Below are positions 37,598 to 48,000 of a stretch of DNA of 64,000 nt, one piece after another. Position 1 is the first letter of the stretch. Each line of letters begins with the position of its first letter. Made by a program: the position numbers and the translations under genes. Origin of the DNA: an uncultured virus (IMG/VR IMGVR_UViG_3300048889_000033) (lineage: Duplodnaviria; Heunggongvirae; Uroviricota; Caudoviricetes). Below the pieces are notes generated by a model. The model saw nothing but the letters and a program-made list of their open reading frames with translations, had not been told where the DNA came from and ran no database searches. The DNA lies in the IMG/VR virus record IMGVR_UViG_3300048889_000033; one strand, given 5' to 3'.

Positions 37598-40500
37598 ATG
37601 GCTCAAAAACAAGAGGAAATATTACCTATTTTTATTAATACCGATTCGGCATTGGAATCTATGCCAAAGACGGATAGCCCCTTTATGAAAGGAGTAAGTT
37701 GGGATATAAATGCCAACCCGGTTCAAGGAATAGGTAGCAACAATCCTACAGGGGAGGGTCAAAACCTTTTAAAACTTACCCCAACGCGGTCTAACATTCC
37801 TGTTTTAAACGTACAACTACCCGCCGGATATAATAAGTGCATAGGTTCTTTTGAAAGTGTTACCACTCAAGACGCCTTCCACCTTAACTTTAATAGTAAT
37901 GGGAATCATGGAATCTATATTTTATCCGGAAACACAGGGTTGTGGCAAACGGTAGTTATAGATTCTCAATTACTATTTTCAGACGAACAAGAAGCGGCTA
38001 TCCCGGACCACCGATGCCGGTTGCGATTCGTAAAGGACGCAGAAGGTAATATTATTGAAAAGTATCTTCTTATTACGGACGGGAAGGGTTGGCAAAAATA
38101 TATCAATGTCATAGCAGCGATTAAGACTAACGGATTTGATGCTGGTTTATATCCTTACTGGAAATTACTACCACCTCATTTTGACCGTAGAGAGTTATTT
38201 GAATGGCCGGTACGACCCCCAATGTACAAGCCAATAGCTACCTTATTGCCCAATACGCCAGCCGACCTTAATAAGTATAATGAATTAGTAGATACGGCCT
38301 TCCAGTTTGCATACGGCTTTCAAAATACTGATGGTCGGGGAATTATCCTTTCTACGTATTCTTTACCCGTTTACGTAAAGACTGAGGACTATCTTTCAAA
38401 CCCGGATAACCTGCCAAAGAACATACAACTAGTTTTATACGCAGGGTCGTGTATGACCGAAAAAATAATCGTTTACGTACGGCAATGCAAACGACAATTA
38501 ACTGGTATTACTGATTTACAAAATTGGGGAGATTGGTTCAAATATGATACGTTAAATAAATTCACTGATTGCGGAGTAAATTCCCATGAAGTCATTGGGA
38601 ATGATTATTGGCTACGTACCGACCCGTGGAGTTCGTTCAGCTACGACCCCATACTAAACACGATAAAATACGTCTTTGATAATTCAAAACAAGGACAGAT
38701 AATATCGCAGGAAGATGCCTTGATGATTCAGAATTCCATGCCGCAATTAAGCAAGGGTATTTCTGATTTAGGAGATGCCATGCTTTTGGCAAATAACCGG
38801 TACGACTATGATAATTTCCCCTGCGACGTGACAGGAAAGATGGATGTTATCGTAAAAGAGAAACCATCAACATTCTGTCCAGCCCCGTTGCGTAATATAA
38901 AGATGTACGCTTATGTAGGATATGCAGCGGATACTTTCGCATGGTATTCCCAAGTTGGGTATTATGACGGGGCTGATAAGCAGGAAAGATTTGGAGGGGT
39001 GTATATCAATGAGGGAACCCATACCGTAACAATCAGTATAGACATTAGCAAGACCTTTGCCTGCGACTTTGCTGATAAGTCGGCTTTCTGCCTTTACTTA
39101 AAAGGAACTCCCTATTACACAGTTGGTAAATGGTACGTAGTTAATTCGGATAATTCACTGACAAAAATTGATAATCTTTTAGACGGCTCATTGGATAGTA
39201 CCCGTTCTTTTATACAGAGCGTTTTTGATGCCGGTGGGTACTTTGTTTGCCTTTTTGAATTGGCCGTCCCTGCTGGTCGATATAACGCTACAATCGGCAG
39301 GCACAATGTATCATTGAGCGGAGATTTCCGGAATACCAGCACGTATATAATGGGGTTAGCCAATTCAAGAATAAAGAGCACCTTTGGCCCTTTTACTGTT
39401 ATTAAGCCAGATGTAAACGTTGGAGCACTTGTTAGCTACTCCAAAGAAATGGAAATAGACTGTACAGCCGGGGATGTTGATACGTGGGGCAATGGCAGAG
39501 ACCTATTTTATATTTTCTCGCCTTCCACCACGCAGCAAGGAAATCGAAAATTCAGGTTTATTGAAGGTTATGTAAAGGAATCAAGAAACGACCCCTTCCC
39601 GGTGGAGTTATTACCCTATGGATTGAACCACGGTGGAGCTGATATATCAGGGCAGATAACAGATAAAAACGGATTCTATTTTGCCAATACAAAAGCGGCT
39701 AATTCGGATGTGACCGACGTTGAATTCACCATAAAGTTAAACTGCGCATACCCATTCGTATTTAGTTACCCTACCAGCCAATCAGGATCTGGGTGGAGGG
39801 TAAACAATACCATATACCTATCCGACCATAATGGCAATGTAGTGGGGGGCTGTAACAGGATAATTTATAATGGGAAGATAACTGACCTAACCGGTACAAT
39901 CGGGTATTCTAACATAGGAATTTCCATAGTAGACGGGTCTACCGTTTATACCCAACAAGACGGAACATTTACTTTAATCGTTCATAATGGACAGCCAACA
40001 TTACGGCAAAGTAATGTATACGTCAATGCCGGTGGAAACTTCTTAATAACAATTGCCAATTGTGGACAAATTCCGGTTTTTAATTTCAGTGAAAACAATT
40101 CACCTTGTATTAACTGTCAAAAAAGAACGTATCCTTTCCCTCTGAATCTGGCAATAGTAGTTCAAAACCAAAACCAAACCAGTTTGAAGCAGGGCGGTAA
40201 ATATTCCGTAGGGTTTGCCGTGGCTGATTTGGCCGGCCGGTTGACTTTCGTAAATGTGATTAAAGAGGTATCCGTACCTTCATTTTTACAACGGAATGAT
40301 ATTTTAGCCACCTACTTCCAAATAGCTATTTCAGGGGCATTGCAGTTCATTAAATCAATGCCGGATGCTGCATGGTTTTCACCCTACGTATCAAGGACCA
40401 CGAACATACTCAGATTTGTTGAATGGGTGGGGGATAACGTGGCTTACATAGATAACAACGGTCAGGTAGTATCGGATTCGGCCAGCGCCGTATTTGTAAG

Positions 40501-42361
40501 CATCACCATAACCAGCCTGTACGATTATAATGTAGCTCGTAATTTCTCTACACTGGCTAATTACCAGTTTGTTGAAGGGGATAGGGTAAAAATATTGGAC
40601 AATGGAGATGGTCAATTATTCGATACCGCTACTTACGGAACACCCATTGATTTGCGGATACTAGGAACGAATTACAATCAGGCGGCTATAAATGCAGGAT
40701 TGTTACCAAATACCAGCGCAGTCCCCGTTATCAACAATAATATAAACACCACTACGGCAGCACAGCAAGCGCAGAATACAGCCGTTACTATATTAGTACC
40801 TTACGATAGTCGGTTGGATAAATTGATTGACAAAACAGGATTTTGGATTGAAATAGACACCCCTGCACAGGTAAGCGATGTTATTCCTTTTATGGAAATG
40901 GGTGGGTTTTACCCAATAATAAACGGGGAGGTGGCTATATTTACCGGATACTCAAACGGTCAGCCCACCTACAACTATCCTACAACAATAGATATTGATT
41001 TCTGGGATACGTATTTCCTGCAACGAACTATCACCATAAAAGACGTAGGGAATAAGTTCTTTGCTCATCCTTTTGAGAGCCCCAACATAAGTGATTCGTT
41101 TGGCCCTAATATTACCAGTGGAGGCCGTTTAGGTAACGTAAAGAACGACAACGCCAAACAACGGTGGTTACCGGGAAGTATTATAAAGTCAGATGATTTT
41201 ATTTCTGAGGGGTTATTAAATGGATTGGGTACATTCAGAAGCAAGAATAAAAAGGACTTCGGTTCTTATCCCTATGGTGGAATATTGGCAGTTATAATAG
41301 ACATGAACATAATTTGTTTTATTTGTGAGAATGATTATTTCACTACCAACTATAACTTTCACTATACCTATCCCAATGAACAAGGGGTGATGATAACCAA
41401 TCTTAACAACGGTGTTTCAGAGCCGTTCCAAAAAGTAGGTAATCACTATGGGGTTGCTGCTGAAGACACAGCTACAGTAGGATTTTACGATAAATGGATA
41501 TGGTGGTATGACCGTAAAAACCAAGGATTCATTATATGTGATTATAGGAGTGCCAAAAACGTGTCGAGATTTGATGCCAATGAAGGAACACAAGGATATA
41601 TTCAATCTTTTATAGAAACCAAAACAAATTTCATTACTAATTGGAATAATACCCACGACCTGAAAGACCGGTTTGATGTAATTACTGGGATTGACATGGA
41701 GCGGAATAATATTTATCTTTCATTCAGACCTCGCCGGAATAATACCAATGACGTAAGTTCCTATGTTAACCAACGTCGGAACTGGCAAACAAGCTATCAG
41801 GAAACGTTGGTTTATAATATCGGGATGGGACGGTGGACAAGAACGGAAAATTTTGTACCTGAATTTTATGGAAAGTTGAGGGGAAATAATACTGGGACAC
41901 AATTGATAGGTTTTTCAGCAGGTAAACCCTATTTACATAATTCAGCTATTGATAGTTTTAATAACTTCTTTGGTGTTCAGGGTGAGCCCGTAATAATGGG
42001 AGTCTTCAATGGAGAAAAGGAATTAGTAAAAATGGAGCAAAGTATTGCCTTAGATGTTAACCCTTTTGGTTGGTTCGTAGACTTAATGTACACAGATTTC
42101 AAGAATAGCTTTTCATATTTAAGTGTGAACCAATTCAAGGTAAAGGAGGGGCAATTTTATGCAGCGATACTTCGGAATATGAATTCATACCCCAACCCCG
42201 ATCCCGACCAATTATTTAGAAGTATGCTCCAAGACGGTTATCGGGTAAATGGACAATATCTTGTATTCCGGTTAGTGGGAGACCCCGTTCATCTAAATGA
42301 TTATAATGAATTGACAAACATATACTTATTAAACGCCTACAGTTCTGGGAACAAAAAATGA
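37598..42361 (+). CDS. Tail tubular/stabilization (muzzle-like) protein
   Basis: 1587 aa, beta-rich, CIG N-terminal motif, FAY, ANN, YG.I, FFGVQ, KEG.FYA C-terminus; precedes the ejection genes. Confidence 0.75.
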   Translation: MAQKQEEILPIFINTDSALESMPKTDSPFMKGVSWDINANPVQGIGSNNPTGEGQNLLKLTPTRSNIPVLNVQLPAGYNKCIGSFESVTTQDAFHLNFNSNGNHGIYILSGNTGLWQTVVIDSQLLFSDEQEAAIPDHRCRLRFVKDAEGNIIEKYLLITDGKGWQKYINVIAAIKTNGFDAGLYPYWKLLPPHFDRRELFEWPVRPPMYKPIATLLPNTPADLNKYNELVDTAFQFAYGFQNTDGRGIILSTYSLPVYVKTEDYLSNPDNLPKNIQLVLYAGSCMTEKIIVYVRQCKRQLTGITDLQNWGDWFKYDTLNKFTDCGVNSHEVIGNDYWLRTDPWSSFSYDPILNTIKYVFDNSKQGQIISQEDALMIQNSMPQLSKGISDLGDAMLLANNRYDYDNFPCDVTGKMDVIVKEKPSTFCPAPLRNIKMYAYVGYAADTFAWYSQVGYYDGADKQERFGGVYINEGTHTVTISIDISKTFACDFADKSAFCLYLKGTPYYTVGKWYVVNSDNSLTKIDNLLDGSLDSTRSFIQSVFDAGGYFVCLFELAVPAGRYNATIGRHNVSLSGDFRNTSTYIMGLANSRIKSTFGPFTVIKPDVNVGALVSYSKEMEIDCTAGDVDTWGNGRDLFYIFSPSTTQQGNRKFRFIEGYVKESRNDPFPVELLPYGLNHGGADISGQITDKNGFYFANTKAANSDVTDVEFTIKLNCAYPFVFSYPTSQSGSGWRVNNTIYLSDHNGNVVGGCNRIIYNGKITDLTGTIGYSNIGISIVDGSTVYTQQDGTFTLIVHNGQPTLRQSNVYVNAGGNFLITIANCGQIPVFNFSENNSPCINCQKRTYPFPLNLAIVVQNQNQTSLKQGGKYSVGFAVADLAGRLTFVNVIKEVSVPSFLQRNDILATYFQIAISGALQFIKSMPDAAWFSPYVSRTTNILRFVEWVGDNVAYIDNNGQVVSDSASAVFVSITITSLYDYNVARNFSTLANYQFVEGDRVKILDNGDGQLFDTATYGTPIDLRILGTNYNQAAINAGLLPNTSAVPVINNNINTTTAAQQAQNTAVTILVPYDSRLDKLIDKTGFWIEIDTPAQVSDVIPFMEMGGFYPIINGEVAIFTGYSNGQPTYNYPTTIDIDFWDTYFLQRTITIKDVGNKFFAHPFESPNISDSFGPNITSGGRLGNVKNDNAKQRWLPGSIIKSDDFISEGLLNGLGTFRSKNKKDFGSYPYGGILAVIIDMNIICFICENDYFTTNYNFHYTYPNEQGVMITNLNNGVSEPFQKVGNHYGVAAEDTATVGFYDKWIWWYDRKNQGFIICDYRSAKNVSRFDANEGTQGYIQSFIETKTNFITNWNNTHDLKDRFDVITGIDMERNNIYLSFRPRRNNTNDVSSYVNQRRNWQTSYQETLVYNIGMGRWTRTENFVPEFYGKLRGNNTGTQLIGFSAGKPYLHNSAIDSFNNFFGVQGEPVIMGVFNGEKELVKMEQSIALDVNPFGWFVDLMYTDFKNSFSYLSVNQFKVKEGQFYAAILRNMNSYPNPDPDQLFRSMLQDGYRVNGQYLVFRLVGDPVHLNDYNELTNIYLLNAYSSGNKK

Positions 42362-42705
42362 CCTTCAGATTTATATATGAGCCTGACTACCCACGAATAA
42401 TTTTCGCCTGCATGATGGATGCGAGGGCCGGAACTCCGCTTGCCAATAAGTCGGGGGCGGTGCAGAAGGAATTTATTGACGAAGAAATTAGTAAGGTCAC
42501 AAAGGATGTAATTTTCTATAGGCTAGAAACTGAGTTGGGGGTAATGGGGGGATATTTTAGCCTTTTAACGGTAAATCAGGGCACTACAGCAGGCCTCTAC
42601 CAATTTGTACTAAGACCGGCTTTTCAGGGGATGACGGCGGAAATTTCAGAACAAATTACTACCTTCATTAGTGGAAATGACTGGAAACCAGACATTTTAA
42701 TTTAA
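42358..42705 (+). CDS. GNAT-like protein at the T7-gp13-equivalent position
   Basis: GYF...LYQFVLRPAFQG; between tail and ejection genes. Confidence 0.45.
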   Translation: MTFRFIYEPDYPRIIFACMMDARAGTPLANKSGAVQKEFIDEEISKVTKDVIFYRLETELGVMGGYFSLLTVNQGTTAGLYQFVLRPAFQGMTAEISEQITTFISGNDWKPDILI

Positions 42706-42716
42706 AAACATCAAAA

Positions 42717-43433
42717 ATGGGCTTTCTTGATAACTTAGGGCCAATTTCAGAAATTGCCGGTATTGCTACTGGAGCGGTTCAAAGTATTTCGGGTGCCACT
42801 AATTTAAAGAAGGATAAGGCAGAATTGGCTGCTTTAAAGCCTGCGTTTTATAAGGTTCAGGACGAATATAATCAAAATCGAAACATAGCGGCTCAGGAAG
42901 CCGGGGGCGGCCTTACCAGCGCCTCAAAAGACCTTTACGAGAGTGAGAGCCAACGAGGATTAGGGGCTAGCGTAAGTGCGCTATTGCAGGGAGGTGGGGA
43001 TATGAACATGATTGGTGGCATTTTCGATAAATACAATCGAAATACGGCTGGATTGGCCGCTGAAGACGCTCAGGCACACCAAAAGAATATTCAGTACTAC
43101 CAACAGGCAAACCGCGATTTAGCTGGCCAAAAAACCACGCAATTCGTCGTAAATGAGTTACAACCATACGAAAATAAATTGAAGGAATTAACCCAACGAA
43201 TACAGGGGGACAAAGCCAATATATGGGGCGGTGTGCAAACAGCTATTGGAGGGCTATCGGCAGCGGGTACGCAGGGGCCTCCCAAGAGTGGAAGTTCGGG
43301 TTATCGGGATACAGACCCATATATAACACCAAGCAAAGTAGATGCCGGATTACGATCAACAGGAGACATGAGTATTGATACATCCCGGGCATTAGCAAGT
43401 TTCTTATCAGATTCAGGGAGTATAAATCTTTAA
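42717..43433 (+). CDS. Small ejection/internal virion protein
   Basis: Gly/Ala hydrophobic ends with Q/A/N-rich helical core. Confidence 0.65.
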   Translation: MGFLDNLGPISEIAGIATGAVQSISGATNLKKDKAELAALKPAFYKVQDEYNQNRNIAAQEAGGGLTSASKDLYESESQRGLGASVSALLQGGGDMNMIGGIFDKYNRNTAGLAAEDAQAHQKNIQYYQQANRDLAGQKTTQFVVNELQPYENKLKELTQRIQGDKANIWGGVQTAIGGLSAAGTQGPPKSGSSGYRDTDPYITPSKVDAGLRSTGDMSIDTSRALASFLSDSGSINL

Positions 43434-43436
43434 TAA

Positions 43437-45026
43437 ATGGCCGCTGAACCATCATTAGGTGAAATATTATCAGTTAGGGCAGACCCGGAAGAAGCAACGG
43501 GGAATACTGGTTATGTCGTAGATAACCGGGACTTAGTACGTAATCTTACCCAAGCCGCTCAATTCAAAGCACAAAACGACTGGAAAAAATACAATCTGTT
43601 TCTGGACGAGACAAAAGAACTGTATAAAAGGGCCGATGAAATAGCGGCAATGGAAGTAGCCCCGCAAGATAGGGAGCGTCTTGAAAAGGAAATGACCGGT
43701 TTCCTGAATGATATGGCTACTAACCCAAAAGACTTCTTTAGTTCAGTGGGCAGTGCAAAAGGGAAGGAGTTGCAAGAACGGTTAATTAATTGGCGAAAAG
43801 ATGCCACTACAAGCAAGAATGATCGTTTGTGGGACTTAAGAAATCGGGAATTTCTTATGGCAAATCCTGATCATGATACCCCTGAAAACAGGGCCAAAAT
43901 TGAAGGGTTTCTGAATAATCAAAAATTGGGTGGTCGGCAACCATATATATTGGAGATGCCCGGTATTTACGATCCTGTGGCATTGGGAAAGGAATTGAAT
44001 ACTGCCGTAGAGCAAAAATTTGCCCGTCCCGGATTCACTCCTGATGGGAAATTTACATTTACTGAAACCGGTACGCAATATAATCCTGATCAATATCGAA
44101 AAGTAGCGGGGAATATATTTGACCTTAATAAAAATGGGTTTCAGAATACAATAGCCAATCTATTCAAGAAATTACCTGCCACCGAACAAGTAAAATACAA
44201 GGATAGCCAGAACCCGGTAAAGGACTGGTTTTTGGACTTTCAGGATACTTTCCGTAAGCCAGATCAAGCCGTTAAGGATGATTTAAAAGCGAATCCGTTC
44301 GCACTGGAAACACAGAAAGCAAGAACCCAATTTGCATTAGAAGACTTGCGAAACAGGGACGCTACCAACCGGGAAATAAAAGTAGCAGAGGTTAAGCAAA
44401 GCCTGAAGGATGCCCCGAAGAAAGATCAAACTGTATTCCTTTTGAATCTGGCATCTTCGGTAGTTGGGAATACGACCGGTAAGGATTTGACTGTGGATTT
44501 AGGTAAAGGACAATACAGTACTGAAAAAGTGGTAGATGCTTCACCGAATTTATTAAAGACTTTTTCAAAGCCGGTCAGGACTACCATAAAGGATGCAGGT
44601 GGCAAAGAAACGATTGCTGAAACAGTCTTGGAGCCCGACGTTATAACCCGTACCCCGGATGGTGGATTAAGAACCCTTTTCTATAAAAAGGATAAGAAAG
44701 GTGATCCAATAATGAAAAATGGTCAACCCGTAATAGATAGTAAAGAAATTGTTCCTTTACCCGAAGTAATGTCTATCTTAGGAAAGGAATACATGGATAA
44801 AAAAGCAATTCCGGGGGCAGTAAATCTAGCCGGAGATGTTTTGAAACAATTCGGTGGCGACATTACGAAGTATGCAAAAGTGGCTAATGCCCAGAACCAA
44901 CCATCGGAACCGAAAGGTCAAACTTATAAGGTAGGCGGAAAAGAATTCACAGAAGACCAATTAAAGAAAGGAGCGGCTAAGTATAACATGACATTGGAAC
45001 AGTATAAAAAAAGTATAGGGTTATAA
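43437..45026 (+). CDS. Medium ejection/internal virion protein
   Basis: 529 aa, hydrophilic, synteny. Confidence 0.6.
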   Translation: MAAEPSLGEILSVRADPEEATGNTGYVVDNRDLVRNLTQAAQFKAQNDWKKYNLFLDETKELYKRADEIAAMEVAPQDRERLEKEMTGFLNDMATNPKDFFSSVGSAKGKELQERLINWRKDATTSKNDRLWDLRNREFLMANPDHDTPENRAKIEGFLNNQKLGGRQPYILEMPGIYDPVALGKELNTAVEQKFARPGFTPDGKFTFTETGTQYNPDQYRKVAGNIFDLNKNGFQNTIANLFKKLPATEQVKYKDSQNPVKDWFLDFQDTFRKPDQAVKDDLKANPFALETQKARTQFALEDLRNRDATNREIKVAEVKQSLKDAPKKDQTVFLLNLASSVVGNTTGKDLTVDLGKGQYSTEKVVDASPNLLKTFSKPVRTTIKDAGGKETIAETVLEPDVITRTPDGGLRTLFYKKDKKGDPIMKNGQPVIDSKEIVPLPEVMSILGKEYMDKKAIPGAVNLAGDVLKQFGGDITKYAKVANAQNQPSEPKGQTYKVGGKEFTEDQLKKGAAKYNMTLEQYKKSIGL

Positions 45027-45027
45027 C

Positions 45028-48000
45028 ATGGGCAAAGCAGTACGAACGGACAATGAAGGGTTACCAATACCATCTACGAATGGTATGCAAACTGATACAT
45101 TGGAAATAGACAATGAGGGTCTGCCCGTGCCTCAAATAAAAAAAAAAGACGCTGGTGGCCCAGCTTCAAAAGCATCTCCATCGGGTTCTACACCCACTCC
45201 GACGAGTTCGGGACAACAACCTATAGCTTCGGGATCAGAATTACCACAAATAAAAAGTGATTTTGGCATCTTCGGTTTTGAGAACAAAAAACAAAAGATA
45301 ACTACTGCCGACGGTTTCGATATGCCTGCCGACCATAATAAACTCCCTGACTTCATAGCAGATAAGGAAAAGTATACTGCTGAAGCTCAAAAAAGGGTAT
45401 TGGACGGTAGCTATACGAGCGCCGATATTGACACTATAACTAAGGTAACCGGAAAATCCCGTAAAGCAGTAGAAGGATATTTAAAGGATAAATCATTGGG
45501 ACTTGCCACTGAAGACCAAGAACAATTACAACAAAAGAATGAGGAACTTAAACAGTCAATCGTATCCTACAATAAAGAAATGGGTACAACCCTCGACCCG
45601 AAGGATATATTATCATCTTCACAGAAAACGGCTGATTTCATACAGCAAGTGCAGAGGGCAAAAAAGACACTATTAGCTAAGGAAGCACAGCGGGTTGCTA
45701 CACTTAAAGCCGATCCAAATGGAGTTACGTATTCCATGAAAAATGGGCAGATAGTAACGACGCCAAATAAAGACCTCCCATTAATAAATCTTGACCCACA
45801 AGCATTCATTAACAAGTATGCCGATTATGAAAAAGTATTGCAGGATCATGCCGTGAAACTTACCATTGATGAAGATAGGAAAGCAGGAGTGGCCCCGGAT
45901 AAAACCGTTGTAAAAATAGCACAACGCTTAGACCCCGTAGGAATGGCGAGGGCACAAAAAGTAGAGAATACCCCAAAGGGATTGGATGCTATCAGCGACA
46001 CGGATATAAACCCATTCAAGGCGTTAGGTCATGTTGCAGAATCTGTTTTCGGTACAAAAGAAAAAGATGATCTCCTTAACTCAATTAAGGGAGAAGCAGA
46101 ACTTAAATATCAAAATGGATTACGGGAACTTGCCATAAATAAAATATCAACCGGCATCATAAACACCGAAGACCCTAAAAGTAAAGAGCTTATTAAAGAA
46201 GGTCAGGAACAACTAAAGCAAGTCGATGACAACGCCATATATAAATACCCCGCACTTGTAAAGCGAGAAATTGCCAGAGCAGTAAGCGAACGGATAGGAC
46301 GGGAAAGCGGTCAGTTGGAAGGCAGTTCGGTAGAATCATTACGCGGATTGGAAGAAAAAATACACGGCGCAAGTCGTGAAGATTACGTACGGGTTATGCA
46401 GGAAATGGGGTATTTTGATAATCCAAAAACTAAGGATGCAGCAGAACAATTGGTAGGTCAAACTGAACTATTTTCCGATGCCTCTTATGTTGGAAGCTTC
46501 GGAAGTAGTGTAATGCATCCCATTAAAGACCTAGGGTATTCTTTGGGAGATATTACTGGTTATCGAAATGCACGTGATGTATATACTTCTAAAATAAGCG
46601 ATGAGTTATTTCCTAAAGAGACAGCCAAATTGAAGGATCATGTTGCTGTGGTTAGAAATATCGTAAATACTACAGGGAATCTTATAGGTATGACGGCCCT
46701 TGCGGTGGGTACGGAAGGATTAGGTACAGAAGTAGGAATGAGCGCAAAGGCGGCCGGTCATTTGGGTAGTTACGTAAGTTTCGGAATACCTTCTTTCGAT
46801 GCCGCCTATAAAGAAAGTTATAATTTCCTTGATAACGATGCTGCAAGAGGTCTTTACGCGACCATGACGGCCATAACGAACGCCGAAGGTGGCAGACTAT
46901 TGGACTTAGGTAAAGTGGCAAGGATACCCGGCGTAAGCGACGCCTTTGCTAAGGTAGCGGATGGCATTACCAAAAAAACAATCAGCCAAGATGCAGTCCG
47001 GGAATTACTGGGAGAACAGACAAATAAATACGTTGACTTTGCCGTAAAATATGGTAAAAACGTAACCAAAGGGGCTGCCACGATGGCCTACTTTAATGCT
47101 ACCAATAGCATATTAAAAGCAGGTTTCGGTGATCCTTCGGTGAAAGCCGATGATATTTTACCTCAAACCGCTCACGCCTTCTTTGGGGGGCTTTTAGGGA
47201 TGTCAATCATGGGGGCATGGGGAGCCGCCGCCGACATGCGTAAGGAAGCCAATACGACCTATAAGGGGGGTATTTATAGCATGGCACTTAACCATGATGC
47301 CGCTGCTGATGTGTTTAAAATAGCCTTGGATAATGGTTCTTTGACGAAAGCTGAATACACCAATAAAATGAGCGTCCTTAATGGGGCGAAGATGGCAAAG
47401 GACGTTGTTGAATTGGCGGCACAAGAAAAGGAACTGAACTTAACCCATGACCAAAAGGCGGTATTTGTCGCCAATAAAACGGTAGAAGGTGTCCTGAAGG
47501 AAAAATTAAAGAATACACAAGGTGAAAAAGAAAAGGAGAAAATTCAATCCCAAATAGACCGATTACATAACCAATCAAACGAAATATTTGACGGACTTAA
47601 ATTTAATGAAGTCCTAGAGCCATTATATGACCTACATAATGCTGAAAAGGAATATAACAAGGCATTGCAAGATGTTAAGTTGGGTGTTATTACTGATAAG
47701 GAATTTGAAGCTAAAAAGAAAGCCTTTGAAAAGTTACAGTACAATTACTTTGAAGGCGGTATGGAAAAAGATGCCAAGAACAACGAAGTAAAAAGACTAT
47801 TAACTAAAGGCATTGAAAGCGGTGAAATTTCAGACACCTACAAAGCATATGAGCAGCATCCGGAACATCTTTTAAAATTCATTGCAGGCCAATCACAAGG
47901 GTTGGTGGAAGACGCGGATGGTAATGTTACCAAACATCCCATAGGCGGTAATGAAGCTGGTATGCGTGCCCAATTTGGCGACGCACTGGTAGATCATGCG